DNA from: an uncultured Bacteroidales bacterium
Lineage (GTDB): Bacteria; Bacteroidota; Bacteroidia; Bacteroidales; VadinHA17
DNA length: 64,000 bases
NCBI GenBank assembly: GCA_963789465.1
Contig: CAWBLL010000016.1
Span: forward strand, 135,544-199,543
Reading direction: 5' to 3'
Shown: piece by piece, positions 29,745 through 39,948 of the stretch
Layout of the letters: every line of letters starts with the position of its first letter
Numbering within the stretch: the first letter of the stretch is position 1
Made by a program: the position numbers and the translations under genes
The notes under the pieces: generated by a model
Told to the model about the DNA's origin: nothing
Seen by the model: only the letters and a program-made list of their open reading frames with translations
Database searches by the model: none

Positions 29745-29752
29745 TAATTTTG
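29745..29752 (+). promoter_or_regulatory. candidate -7 promoter element (TAnnTTTG)
   Basis: TAATTTTG lies 21 nt upstream of the ATG at 29774. Confidence 0.4.
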
Positions 29753-29773
29753 CAGCCGAAAAATAGATCAAAA

Positions 29774-30559
29774 ATGGGTACTTTTCTTTTTGATGAGATA
29801 ATTTTCGGGCCTGTAAAAAGCAGAAGACTGGGTGTATCACTTGGCATAAACCTGCTCCCTACAAAAAGAAAACTTTGCAATTTCAATTGTATCTATTGCG
29901 AATGCGGCTGGACAAGAAATATCGAAAAAGTATCGGGGCGTTTGCCCTCCAGGGAGGAGGTATCAGCTGCCCTTGACAACAAACTGGCCCTGATGACAGA
30001 AAAGGGAGAAAAACCTGATGTGATAACCTATGCCGGCAATGGAGAACCAACCCTTCATCCCGATTTCCCGGAGATAATTGATGATAGTATCTCCCTCCGA
30101 AACAAGTATTTTCCCCAGGCAAAGATTGCTGTTCTGTCAAATTCCACAACTATTACCGATCATAGGGTAAAATCTGCACTTCTTAAAGTGGATATGAATA
30201 TTCTGAAACTCGATTCTGCATACGACACAACGGTTTCCATCCATAACCAGCCAGCTGCAAAGATCGATGTCAGGGAACTCATTGATAATCTTGCAGGCTT
30301 TAACGGAAAGCTTATTATCCAGACTCTTTTTCTGAGGGGGAGATACAACGGGAGAGTAATTGACAATACAACTCCTGAGGAACTTGATGCCTGGTTCAAG
30401 GCAATAGAAAAGATCAGACCTGAAGAGGTGATGATCTATACTATCTCAAGGGACACTCCGCCTGAAGGAGGAGAGCTTGGTAAAGTCCCGGCGAAAGAGC
30501 TCAGGGAAATTGCATCAACTGTGGAAAAACTTGGCATTAAAACTCAGGTGTCTTCATAA
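29774..30559 (+). CDS. radical SAM protein
   Basis: CNFNCIYCECGW (CxxxCxxC). The ORF opens at 29741 (TTG); the ATG at 29774 (MGTFLFDEIIFGPVKSRRLG) is preferred. Confidence 0.8.
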   Translation: MGTFLFDEIIFGPVKSRRLGVSLGINLLPTKRKLCNFNCIYCECGWTRNIEKVSGRLPSREEVSAALDNKLALMTEKGEKPDVITYAGNGEPTLHPDFPEIIDDSISLRNKYFPQAKIAVLSNSTTITDHRVKSALLKVDMNILKLDSAYDTTVSIHNQPAAKIDVRELIDNLAGFNGKLIIQTLFLRGRYNGRVIDNTTPEELDAWFKAIEKIRPEEVMIYTISRDTPPEGGELGKVPAKELREIASTVEKLGIKTQVSS

Positions 30560-30561
30560 AA

Positions 30562-31653
30562 TTGATTAATAATCATAATATACTTATCTGTCCCCTTGAA
30601 TGGGGATTGGGGCATGCTGCACGAATGATACCGGTGGCAGTAAAACTGATGGAAATGAACCAGAATGTGTTCGTTGCATCAGGAGAAGAACATCTAAACC
30701 TATACCGCACAGAATTGCCCGGGATTACCTGCATCCCTTTTTCAGGATTCAAACCAGGGTATTCCAGGCATTTGCCTCAGTACATCCCCCTTCTTCTAAA
30801 AAGCCCGCTTTTGGTTTTTCATATTGTCAGGGAACACTTCTTGCTCAAAAGAGTTATAAAGGAATATTCCATCGATATAGTAATCAGTGATAACCGTTTC
30901 GGACTCTGGAACAGTGATATCAGGACAGCCTACGTAACCCATCAGCCACTGATTCCTTTTCCCGGGAAATTTAAATTTCTTGAGTTCATTGGTGTCGCTC
31001 TTCACAGATTTATCATAAAAAAGTATTCACTCTGCCTTATTCCTGACATGCCGGGCGAAATAAATCTGAGCGGACGACTTTCCCATGGAATGAAACTTCC
31101 GGGAAACGTAAGGTACATAGGCATACTTTCCAGGTTTCCGGCAAAAAATAAACCCCGGTCAGACAGGCTTACGGTTTCCGGATACATCACGGTGATCCTG
31201 TCGGGACCGGAGCCTCAGAAATCAATCTTCAGGCAAAAGGTTTCAGAACTATCTGAACATACTAAAAAAATTATGGTGATTCTCGAGGGCAGGACTGGAA
31301 AAGAGGAAGGGTTTAAAAGATCCGGTAATTTAATCTCTATTAGTCATCTCGCCACGCCTGAAATGGAACGGATCATCGTCTCAGGCGATAAAATAATCAC
31401 CAGGGCAGGATATTCGACAATAATGGAACTGGTCAGCCTTGGACGAAGTGCCCTGCTTGTTCCTACACCAGGACAGCCCGAGCAGGAATATCTGGCTGAA
31501 TACCTCTCTTCAGGGGGATTCTTCTCTTACTGTACCCAGAAAAATCTAAAGGAGGGATTTTCATTTGAAAAAGATAACGTCCAACTGCCGGAGAAATTAA
31601 TTGAAGAGAGTTCCACGCTGCTTGATTTGGCACTGACCGAGTTGTTAAAATAA
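30562..31653 (+). CDS. glycosyltransferase (MurG/GT28-like family)
   Basis: 363 aa. N-terminal ILICPLEWGLGHAARM and C-terminal RAGYSTIMELVSLGRSALLVPTPGQPEQ. Confidence 0.7.
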   Translation: MINNHNILICPLEWGLGHAARMIPVAVKLMEMNQNVFVASGEEHLNLYRTELPGITCIPFSGFKPGYSRHLPQYIPLLLKSPLLVFHIVREHFLLKRVIKEYSIDIVISDNRFGLWNSDIRTAYVTHQPLIPFPGKFKFLEFIGVALHRFIIKKYSLCLIPDMPGEINLSGRLSHGMKLPGNVRYIGILSRFPAKNKPRSDRLTVSGYITVILSGPEPQKSIFRQKVSELSEHTKKIMVILEGRTGKEEGFKRSGNLISISHLATPEMERIIVSGDKIITRAGYSTIMELVSLGRSALLVPTPGQPEQEYLAEYLSSGGFFSYCTQKNLKEGFSFEKDNVQLPEKLIEESSTLLDLALTELLK

Positions 31654-32277
31654 CATCCCGATTGCTGAATATACGATTAACCCGCTTGCAAATCCGATCC
31701 ACACCTGAGCTGAATTGCTGTGTTTTAGCTGTAATCTGGAAGACAACATAAGCCCTGCAGTAAAAATGACCGGAATAAGGTACCACAGAAGTGGCGTGTA
31801 CATCTTAAATGAAAGGTTGAGCACAATGGCCAGAAGCATTCCGGCTCCTATGGAATGAAGTGATATTTTCCATCTGAAATTGATCACTGTTACCGTAAGT
31901 GACAGAACAGCAGTACCCAGGAAAAATGATTTCAGCAAAGAGGGAACGGAGAACCTGAATATAATAAATGCGGTTACTCCATACAATATAGTGCTTATAA
32001 TCAATGGTATAACTCTATCTTTTTTATCCAGCATAGACCATGACCCTATAAATTTCCTGTTCACAAGGAAAGGCATCAATGACAGTGGCAGCAACACATT
32101 GTTGACCAGCACTATAAGGATTATCAGCCGCTTGATTTCAGCGGGCATATAATTGTACAGAGTGGGGGCTGTGAAGATGATAATCAATCCATAGACAGGT
32201 ACGAGATAAGGATGGAAAATAAATGATATTATTCCAGCCAGTTTATCCGGGAAAGTTGAAGATCCGCTATTATTCAT
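31645..32277 (-). CDS. PAP2-like integral membrane protein
   Basis: 210 aa with about 6 TM segments. SLHSIGAG and SSRLQLKHS resemble PAP2 motifs only loosely. Confidence 0.45.
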   Translation of the reverse strand: MNNSGSSTFPDKLAGIISFIFHPYLVPVYGLIIIFTAPTLYNYMPAEIKRLIILIVLVNNVLLPLSLMPFLVNRKFIGSWSMLDKKDRVIPLIISTILYGVTAFIIFRFSVPSLLKSFFLGTAVLSLTVTVINFRWKISLHSIGAGMLLAIVLNLSFKMYTPLLWYLIPVIFTAGLMLSSRLQLKHSNSAQVWIGFASGLIVYSAIGMLF

Positions 32278-32339
32278 TCGGGGTGTATAAAATTACTTTA
32301 TGTCATTTATAGAGAGTATTCGCCGTAGTCTTCCATTCT

Positions 32340-33794
32340 TTAGATTTCCCTTCTCAGTCTTGCTACGGGAATATTTAGTTGTTCGCGATATTTTGCCACG
32401 GTTCTGCGGGCGATCTGATATCCTTTTTCCTGCAGTATCTCAGTGAGTCTTTCGTCAGTCAATGGCCTTCTTTTATGCTCGTTTTCAATACAGTCCTGCA
32501 ATATTCTTTTGATCTCTCTTGTTGAGACCTCTTCTCCACTGTCTGTTTGAAGGCCTTCAGAAAAGAAAAACTTAAGGGGAAAGATCCCGAAGTGTGTCTG
32601 TATAAATTTGCTGTTGGCAACTCTCGATACTGTTGAAATATCGAGACCTGTCATTTCGGCAACATCCTTAAGTATCATCGGACGCAAATTGGTTTCATCA
32701 CCGTCAATGAAATAATCCTGCTGGTATTCCAGGATGGCATTCATGGTAAGAAGGAGAGTATTTTGCCGTTGCTTGATAGCATCTATGAACCATTTTGCGG
32801 AATCAATCTTCTGCTTAACAAAGAGAGCTGCATCCTTCATCTCTTTCTTCTGGCTTTTATCCCTGCTGTATGAATGGAGCATATCGCTGTAGGCCGGACT
32901 TAACCTCAACTCCGGAAGATTGCGGGAATTGAGGTGCAGGTCAAATCCGTCCTCGTCGAGCTCGAGTATAAAATCCGGTATTATCGGCTGTGAGACTTTA
33001 CTGAAAGGATCACTGTAAACTCCACCCGGCTTTGGATTCAATTTAAGAATTTCTTCAATTGCAGCTTTTAGCTGAGTCTCAGTTATCCCGAGACGCAGAA
33101 TTATCTTGTCATAATGTCTTTTCGTAAATTCTTCAAAATACTGGTCAAGAATGGAATGGGCTGTCTTCAATGCCGGTACAGAATTGCCTCTTTTTTCAAT
33201 CTGCAGAAGAAGGCACTCCCTGAGAGACCTGGCACCTATCCCGGTGGGTTCCAGATCCTGAATTACTGTCAATACCTCCTGTAGTTCAGCTTCAGTTGTT
33301 TCGATATTCTGGAGAAAGGCGAGATCATCCACGATATTAATCAGTTCTCTCCTCAGATATCCATCCTCATCGATATTCCCGATAATATATTCCCCCAGGA
33401 GCTTTTGTTTGTCAGTCAGGTCTCTCAGCCCAAGCTGGGATTCAAGATGTTCATGAAAAGAGAATCCGACGGAAAAAGGGATCTCTGTCCTCTTATCCTC
33501 ATCCTTGCTGTAGTTCTTCTCCTGCAACCGGTAATCAGGGATATCGTCTTCCTCAATATAATCATCAAGGGTGAACTCATCCTGATCCTTATCTGTTTCC
33601 TCAAATTGTTCTTCTTCAGGTTCCCCGTTTACATCTTCCTCTTCCGAGCCCTCTTCCAGAGCCGGATTTTCCTCCAGCTCCTTTTTGATACGCTGCTCTA
33701 TCTGCAATGTAGGGACCTCAAGAAGCTTTATCATCTGGATCTGCTGAGGAGATAGCTTCTGAAGCAGTTTTTGCTGTAACCTTTGCTTTAACAT
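32340..33794 (-). CDS. rpoN: RNA polymerase sigma-54 factor
   Basis: 484 aa. N-terminus MLKQRLQQKLLQKLSPQQIQMIKLLE, an acidic linker and a C-terminal RpoN box (ARRTVAKYRE). Confidence 0.95.
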   Translation of the reverse strand: MLKQRLQQKLLQKLSPQQIQMIKLLEVPTLQIEQRIKKELEENPALEEGSEEEDVNGEPEEEQFEETDKDQDEFTLDDYIEEDDIPDYRLQEKNYSKDEDKRTEIPFSVGFSFHEHLESQLGLRDLTDKQKLLGEYIIGNIDEDGYLRRELINIVDDLAFLQNIETTEAELQEVLTVIQDLEPTGIGARSLRECLLLQIEKRGNSVPALKTAHSILDQYFEEFTKRHYDKIILRLGITETQLKAAIEEILKLNPKPGGVYSDPFSKVSQPIIPDFILELDEDGFDLHLNSRNLPELRLSPAYSDMLHSYSRDKSQKKEMKDAALFVKQKIDSAKWFIDAIKQRQNTLLLTMNAILEYQQDYFIDGDETNLRPMILKDVAEMTGLDISTVSRVANSKFIQTHFGIFPLKFFFSEGLQTDSGEEVSTREIKRILQDCIENEHKRRPLTDERLTEILQEKGYQIARRTVAKYREQLNIPVARLRREI

Positions 33795-33833
33795 GCTCGT
33801 CCTTTCCCCATTAAAATTCCCCTGTAAGTTTTT

Positions 33834-35223
33834 CTAAAACTCAGCATTTTTTGGTGTCCTCGGGAATGGTATCACATCCCTTATATTTGACATACCGGTA
33901 ACAAATAGTATAAGCCGTTCAAATCCGAGACCGAATCCGCTGTGAGGAGCTGTTCCAAACCTCCTGGTATCAAGGTACCACCATAGATCCTTCTCGGGCA
34001 TCTTCATCTCCTTAATGCGTGCAATCAGTTTATCATAGTTCTCTTCCCTCTGGGATCCTCCAATAATCTCGCCTATTCCCGGGAAAAGAACATCCATTGC
34101 CCTGACTGTTTTATGGTCGTCATTCTGCTTCATGTAAAATGCCTTTATCTCCTTTGGATAATCGGTAAGTATCACTGGGCGGTTGAAATGCTCCTCGACA
34201 AGGTATCTTTCATGTTCAGCCTGCAGGTCACGGCCCCACCCGACAGGAAATTCCCACTTCTTACCTGCTGAAGTAAGAATCCCGACAGCTTCAGTATAAG
34301 TGATCCTCACGAAATCATTTTTAAGCACAAAATCCAATCGTTCAAGCAGCTCCTTGTCTATCATGTTGTTGAGAAAATCAAGATCATCACGGCAGTTATC
34401 AAGTGCATACTTAATAAGATATTTGACAAACTCTTCTGCAAGATCCATGTTATCAATCGAGATCATAAAATGCCATCTCAGGTTCTATCATCCAGAATTC
34501 CGCAAGATGCCTAGGGGTATTTGAATTCTCTGCCCTGAATGTTGGTCCGAATGTGTAAATATCACCCAGGGAAAGAGCGCCAAGTTCCCCCTCAAGCTGA
34601 CCAGATACTGTCAGGTTGGTTTCCCTGCCGAAAAAGTCATTCCTGAAATCAATACTCCCGTCTTCATTCCTCGGCATATTCTTCAGATCCATCGTCGTAA
34701 CATGGAACATCTCCCCGGCGCCTTCTGCATCACTCCCTGTGATAATTGGTGTATGAAGATAGAAAAATCCTTTATCGTTGAAATATTTATGAATGGCAAA
34801 AGCCATGGCATGCCTTATCCTGAAAACAGCTCCGTAAGTATTCGTTCTGAAACGAAGGTGAGCTATCTCCCTGAGAAATTCCATCGAATGTCCTTTCTTC
34901 TGAAGCGGATAGATCTCAGGATCACTTTTCCCGTAAAGCTCAATGGAGGAGGCATTTATTTCTACTTTCTGACCCTGCCCCTGTGATTCAACAAGCATGC
35001 CGGTAACAGCTATGCAGGCACCGGTGGAGATATCCCTGAGAAGTCCTTCATCAAATGATGCAGCGTCAACAACTACCTGAATGTTATTAATTACCGATCC
35101 ATCATTCAGGGCAATAAAAATAATGTTTTTATTCCCCCGCTTGGTTCTTACCCAGCCTTTAACTACTACTTCTTTTCCTACGGGTGCGGAGGCTAATAAC
35201 TCTTTTATCTTGGTTCTTTTCAT
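33834..35223 (-). pseudogene. asnS: asparagine--tRNA ligase, split by an apparent 1-nt insertion (coding-strand TT, plus-strand AA at 34455-34456)
   Basis: Fragment 1 ends ...[14 protein letters not shown]. Fragment 2 reads (M)[16 protein letters not shown].... Deleting one T gives ...[13 protein letters not shown].... The class II motif 3 is at the C-terminus (GFGLGFERL). Confidence 0.85.
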
Positions 35224-35257
35224 TATGATCGGCTATTGATAACAAAAAAATTTATCG

Positions 35258-35265
35258 CAAAAATA
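35258..35265 (-). promoter_or_regulatory. candidate -7 promoter element (TAnnTTTG)
   Basis: The minus strand reads TATTTTTG, 34 nt upstream of the asnS ATG. Confidence 0.35.
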
Positions 35266-35483
35266 ATAAAATGCTACATTAATCTGCCTTATTGAATCGG
35301 GTCATTGACATTTTATCAACGGAAATTTCAATATTTCATTATATATGGCACTGTTTTTGTTCCAGGGAGCTCCCTTAATAAATTTTACGCTCTCCCTCTT
35401 ATAATAATTTCTATTCCCCGGAGTTATTAATATTTAATAGAGAACCCAATAACATATTGGTTTGTAATTTGATAAAATCTGAA

Positions 35484-35491
35484 TAACTTTG
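35484..35491 (+). promoter_or_regulatory. candidate -7 promoter element (TAnnTTTG)
   Basis: TAACTTTG lies 28 nt upstream of the ATG at 35520. Confidence 0.4.
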
Positions 35492-35519
35492 AATAATAAA
35501 CCGAAAAACCAAAAATACT

Positions 35520-36371
35520 ATGGAAGAACATAAGAACTTAATAGTTGTACCATGGGATTTTACCCCTGTTGCGTCAAATGCCCTTGCTCATGCAGCAAAA
35601 ATCAGTCGTATGGTTGGGAATGAAATAACTCTGTTGCATATTGTCGAAACAGGAATCAGTCAGAAGGCTTTGGCTGAGAGAAGAGCTCGTCTTCAGAGAG
35701 CTGCCGAAGAGGGCAGCAAAAAATATAACATCGCACTAGCGTGGCAAATTACAAAGGGAAGCATCTTTCATGCAATAGCAGAATTCGCAAATGAAAATGA
35801 GGCCAGCCTTGTAATTATGGGCACCCATGGAATGAAGGGGATGCAGAAACTTACCGGAAGCTGGGCCCTCAAGGTAATGGTCAAATCAAAAACCCCGTTC
35901 ATCGTAATCCAGGATCCGCCTTCTGATCAGGAAAAATATCATGACATTGTCTTCCCCGTTGACTTCAGGAGCGAAAATAAGGAAAAGATGAAGATGGCAA
36001 TTTTCATGGGGAAATATTTTGATTCGAAAATTCATATGTTCGTTGCCGGCACCAATGACAAGAATCTTGCCAAAAAGACCAAGGTAAATCTGAATTTTGC
36101 AATTAAATACCTTATACAGAATAATATAGAATACAAGATCCATACGGTTCCCAAAAAGAACTTCGCACAGCAGACTATTGATTTCGCACAGGAAATCAAT
36201 GCTGACCTCATTCTCATTATAACGACCAAGAATATTACTTTCGCTGATTACACATTTGGGGCATCGGAACAATTTATTATTGCCAACAGCTCCAGGATTC
36301 CGGTAATTTGTGTCAACCCGAAAGTGACTTTTACCAAGACAGGTCAATTTATGGGTGGATGGGGAGATTAG
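35520..36371 (+). CDS. universal stress protein family (tandem Usp domains)
   Basis: 283 aa. LIVVPWDFT..., SLVIMGTHGMKG and a second half ending with ...SRIPVICV. Confidence 0.75.
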   Translation: MEEHKNLIVVPWDFTPVASNALAHAAKISRMVGNEITLLHIVETGISQKALAERRARLQRAAEEGSKKYNIALAWQITKGSIFHAIAEFANENEASLVIMGTHGMKGMQKLTGSWALKVMVKSKTPFIVIQDPPSDQEKYHDIVFPVDFRSENKEKMKMAIFMGKYFDSKIHMFVAGTNDKNLAKKTKVNLNFAIKYLIQNNIEYKIHTVPKKNFAQQTIDFAQEINADLILIITTKNITFADYTFGASEQFIIANSSRIPVICVNPKVTFTKTGQFMGGWGD

Positions 36372-36426
36372 GAAGCCCGCATTGCATTATCTTAGCAGCC
36401 GGTAGTGTAATATCATTAATCGGAAT

Positions 36427-37341
36427 ATGTCAATTGTAGTTCAGGAGGTTACAAAGTTGTTCGGGCGGCAGAAGGCTCTTGATAATGTCTCCTTCGAAGT
36501 AAAAACAGGTGAGATTGCAGGTTTTCTCGGGCCAAATGGCGCAGGGAAATCAACAATGATGAGGATCATTACAGGATTTATGCCTGCAACGACCGGCAGG
36601 GTATTTGTAAATGAACTTGAAACCGGAAACGACAATACCGAAGTACGGAAAATAATAGGCTATCTTCCTGAAAACAACCCTCTTTACCCTGAAATGTATG
36701 TCAGGGAATATCTTGGATTCGTTGCTTCTGTTTATAAATCCGGCAAACCTGTCAGGAAACAGGTGGAGGAGATTATAGAGCTCACCGGGCTGGCCCCGGA
36801 GCAGAAAAAGAAGATCGGTTCCCTGTCAAAGGGATACAGGCAGAGAGTAGGACTTGCACAGGCTCTCATTCATAACCCCTCTGTACTCATCCTCGATGAA
36901 GCCACAACAGGACTTGATCCCAACCAGATCGTTGAAATAAGAAACCTTATAAAGGAAGCCGGCAGGGAAAAGACTGTTTTGATTTCCACTCATATTATGC
37001 AGGAAGTAGAAGCAATCTGCGACAGGGTCATAATAATTGATAAAGGTATAATTGTGGCCAATGAAGAGAAAAGCAATATCTACTCGGTGATGAGACAGCC
37101 AAAACAAATTGTCCGGGTTGAGTTCGATAAAGACATTCCATCAGTTGAGCTGCAGGGAATTTCAAGTATAAAAAGTGTGCGTAAAATCAACGACAATACA
37201 TGGATCATTGAAGCTGAAGGTGAAGAGGATGTCCGGCCTGCCCTGTTCAATTTTGCTGTAAAGAAAGGCCTTACCGTGATGTCTCTTCAGAAAAATGAGA
37301 GCAATCTGGAAGAGGTTTTCAGACATCTCACCAATGGCTGA
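36427..37341 (+). CDS. ABC transporter ATP-binding protein (ABC-2 type, GldA-like)
   Basis: Walker A GPNGAGKST, signature LSKGYRQRV and Walker B LILDEAT. Size and N-terminus resemble Bacteroidota GldA. Confidence 0.8.
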   Translation: MSIVVQEVTKLFGRQKALDNVSFEVKTGEIAGFLGPNGAGKSTMMRIITGFMPATTGRVFVNELETGNDNTEVRKIIGYLPENNPLYPEMYVREYLGFVASVYKSGKPVRKQVEEIIELTGLAPEQKKKIGSLSKGYRQRVGLAQALIHNPSVLILDEATTGLDPNQIVEIRNLIKEAGREKTVLISTHIMQEVEAICDRVIIIDKGIIVANEEKSNIYSVMRQPKQIVRVEFDKDIPSVELQGISSIKSVRKINDNTWIIEAEGEEDVRPALFNFAVKKGLTVMSLQKNESNLEEVFRHLTNG

Positions 37342-37514
37342 TGATTTTGTATTTTCAATTTTTTTTACGTTCTTTGCATCCATTATATGATGGTGGACAG
37401 ATTTGAGCTGATTGCAACCACGGGAAAAAATGCTAAACCGCGTATGATTTCCTTTTATATATCGACTTAAAAATCCCCCACCTGTTTACTTACTAAAATT
37501 TAATATTAGGTATT

Positions 37515-38858
37515 ATGGGATATTTATTTACTTCAGAATCAGTTTCCGAGGGCCACCCGGATAAGGTAGCCGATCAGATATCAGACGCACTCCTCGATGA
37601 ATTTCTCAAGTGGGATCCCGAATCAAAAGTTGCCTGTGAAACATTCGTTACTACCGGACTGGTTGTCTGCGGGGGAGAAGTGAGGACGGAAGGATGGGTG
37701 GACGTTCAGGAGACTGCCCGCAAGGTTATCAGAAATATAGGCTATACCAAGGCTGAATACCGTTTTGATTGCGATTCCTGTGGTGTCATATCGACCATCC
37801 ATGAGCAATCGAGCGACATCAGGCAGGGTGTTGATCGTGAAAAACCTGAAGAACAGGGAGCCGGCGATCAGGGAATGATGTTCGGCTATGCATGCCGTGA
37901 GATGGATAACTTTATGCCCTTCACTATCGAGCTGGCCCACAGGCTTCTCCATGAACTTGCCGCGATAAGACGTGAGGGGAAAAAGATGAAATACCTGAGA
38001 CCCGACAGTAAATCTCAGGTTACCGTTGAGTACGACGACAATAATCAGCCTCTTCGTATCGATTCAATCGTTATCAGTACGCAGCATGATGAATTTATCC
38101 TTCCCAAAAATAAATCACAAGCTTCTGAAAAAGCTGCTGAAAAAGCCATGCAGGACCAAATCACTTCAGATGTGAAAGAGATACTTATACCTCGGGTAAA
38201 GAAGCTGCTTCCTGCCAGGATCCGGAAACTTTTCCAGAGCGATTTTAAGCTTTTTGTCAATCCTACCGGAAAATTTGTTATCGGGGGCCCGCATGGAGAT
38301 ACAGGACTGACAGGCAGAAAGATAATCGTTGACACCTATGGTGGCCACGGCGCACATGGCGGTGGAGCATTTTCCGGCAAAGACTCATCGAAAGTAGACA
38401 GATCGGCAGCCTATGCTGCAAGGCATATTGCCAAGAACATGGTTGCGGCAGGAGTCTGCGATCAGGTATTGATACAGGTGGCATATGCAATTGGCGTTGC
38501 TGATCCTGTCGGCCTCTATGTAAATACATACGGAACGGCAAAGGTCAGAGACAGTAAAGGTGCTGTGCTTCATGACGAAGAGATCTCAAAAAGAATTTCG
38601 AAGCTTTTTGATATGCGCCCATACTCCATTGTGAAGCGTTTTGGCCTGAAAGATCCTGTGTTTACAGCCACGTCGGCCTATGGCCATTTTGGTCGTGACA
38701 GCTATTCAGAGAATGTCGATGTATATTATGAGGTTCCCGGCGGCAAACCAAAAGGGAAGAATGCCAATGGGAAGAATGTTTATCAGAAAAAGGTAGAATT
38801 CTTTGCCTGGGAAAAGCTTGATTATGCAGACAGGATCAAGAAAGAATTCAAACTTTAG
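37515..38858 (+). CDS. metK: S-adenosylmethionine synthetase (long form)
   Basis: 447 aa. [32 protein letters not shown] and GGGAFSGKD motifs, plus an internal insert and a Lys-rich C-terminal extension. Confidence 0.95.
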   Translation: MGYLFTSESVSEGHPDKVADQISDALLDEFLKWDPESKVACETFVTTGLVVCGGEVRTEGWVDVQETARKVIRNIGYTKAEYRFDCDSCGVISTIHEQSSDIRQGVDREKPEEQGAGDQGMMFGYACREMDNFMPFTIELAHRLLHELAAIRREGKKMKYLRPDSKSQVTVEYDDNNQPLRIDSIVISTQHDEFILPKNKSQASEKAAEKAMQDQITSDVKEILIPRVKKLLPARIRKLFQSDFKLFVNPTGKFVIGGPHGDTGLTGRKIIVDTYGGHGAHGGGAFSGKDSSKVDRSAAYAARHIAKNMVAAGVCDQVLIQVAYAIGVADPVGLYVNTYGTAKVRDSKGAVLHDEEISKRISKLFDMRPYSIVKRFGLKDPVFTATSAYGHFGRDSYSENVDVYYEVPGGKPKGKNANGKNVYQKKVEFFAWEKLDYADRIKKEFKL

Positions 38859-38869
38859 GACGGTTAACA

Positions 38870-39037
38870 GGGGGTGTTTAAAAGTCAAAATCCATTAACC
38901 GCAAAGTGCGCCAAGGTTTACGCAAAGTACACAAAGACAAAGCATTGTTATTTAGATTTTTGCGTCCAGATAGCTATCGGGATCTGCGTAATCTCTTTGC
39001 GATCTCTGCGGTTATTAAAGCCTTTTTCGACAACCCC
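38870..39037. repeat. MITE-like intergenic element with imperfect terminal inverted repeats (copy 1)
   Basis: Left end GGGGGTGTTTAAAAGTCAAAATCCATTAACCGCAAAG. The right end reverse-complements to GGGGTTGTCGAAAAAGGCTTTAATAACCGCAGAG. It shares a 24-mer (38880-38903) with the inverted copy at 60348-60371 and has an internal GATAGCTATC palindrome. Confidence 0.65.
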
Positions 39038-39069
39038 AATATGCGGATTAAGGTAAACACTGAAAAAGT

Positions 39070-39948
39070 ATGACTATATTAGACGAACTGACAGAACGTA
39101 AAATACTTATCTCCGACGGAGCACTGGGTACAATACTCCAGTCAAAGGGACTTAAGCCCGGTGAATGTCCCGAACTATGGAATATAACTCACCGGCAGGA
39201 CATTAAGGAAATTGCAGAATCTTATCTGAGGGCAGGTTCCGATATCGTTTCCACGAACAGTTTCGGAGCCAGCAGAATTAAGCTCTCACAATATGGCCTT
39301 GGTGACAGGACAGCTGAACTTAACAGGTCAGCTGCAGCCATCTGCAGGGAAGCGGCAGGTCCGGGGAAACATGTTGCCGGATCCATCGGACCCACCGGGA
39401 AAATGCTCATGATGGGAGATATCACAGAAGAGGAACTGTCGGATAGCTTCCGTGAACAGGCTATAGCTCTTGAACAGGGTGGTGCCGATATAATCATAAT
39501 CGAAACCATGTCGGCAGCTGACGAGGCATCACTGGCTGTAAAAGCTGCAAGATCCGCCACCAATTGTACTGTTATTGTTACCATGACCTTTTCTGCCGAC
39601 AATGCTGGCAATTACTTCACTATGATGGGAGTTTCACCAGAGGAGATGACAAGCCTCATGAAGGAATCAGGCGCTCATGTCGTTGGTTCGAACTGTGGAA
39701 ATGGCATCAGGGACATGATCGGGATTGTCAGGGCCATTCGCTCAGCTGATGCTACTATACCTGTCATTATACAGGCAAACGCCGGTATACCGGATCTCAT
39801 TGATGGGGTGACAGTCTTTCATGAAACACCTGACATGATGGGTTCATTCGTTACTGAACTGATCGGTGCGGGAGCCAATATAATTGGAGGGTGCTGTGGC
39901 ACTACACCAGCACATATTCAGGAGATCGCAAAAGCAGCCGGTCGTTAA
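39070..39948 (+). CDS. homocysteine S-methyltransferase domain protein (stand-alone Hcy-binding module)
   Basis: 292 aa. ILISDGALGT, ...VGSNCG... and [13 protein letters not shown] (zinc-binding Cys pattern of the S-methyl_trans domain). Confidence 0.8.
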   Translation: MTILDELTERKILISDGALGTILQSKGLKPGECPELWNITHRQDIKEIAESYLRAGSDIVSTNSFGASRIKLSQYGLGDRTAELNRSAAAICREAAGPGKHVAGSIGPTGKMLMMGDITEEELSDSFREQAIALEQGGADIIIIETMSAADEASLAVKAARSATNCTVIVTMTFSADNAGNYFTMMGVSPEEMTSLMKESGAHVVGSNCGNGIRDMIGIVRAIRSADATIPVIIQANAGIPDLIDGVTVFHETPDMMGSFVTELIGAGANIIGGCCGTTPAHIQEIAKAAGR

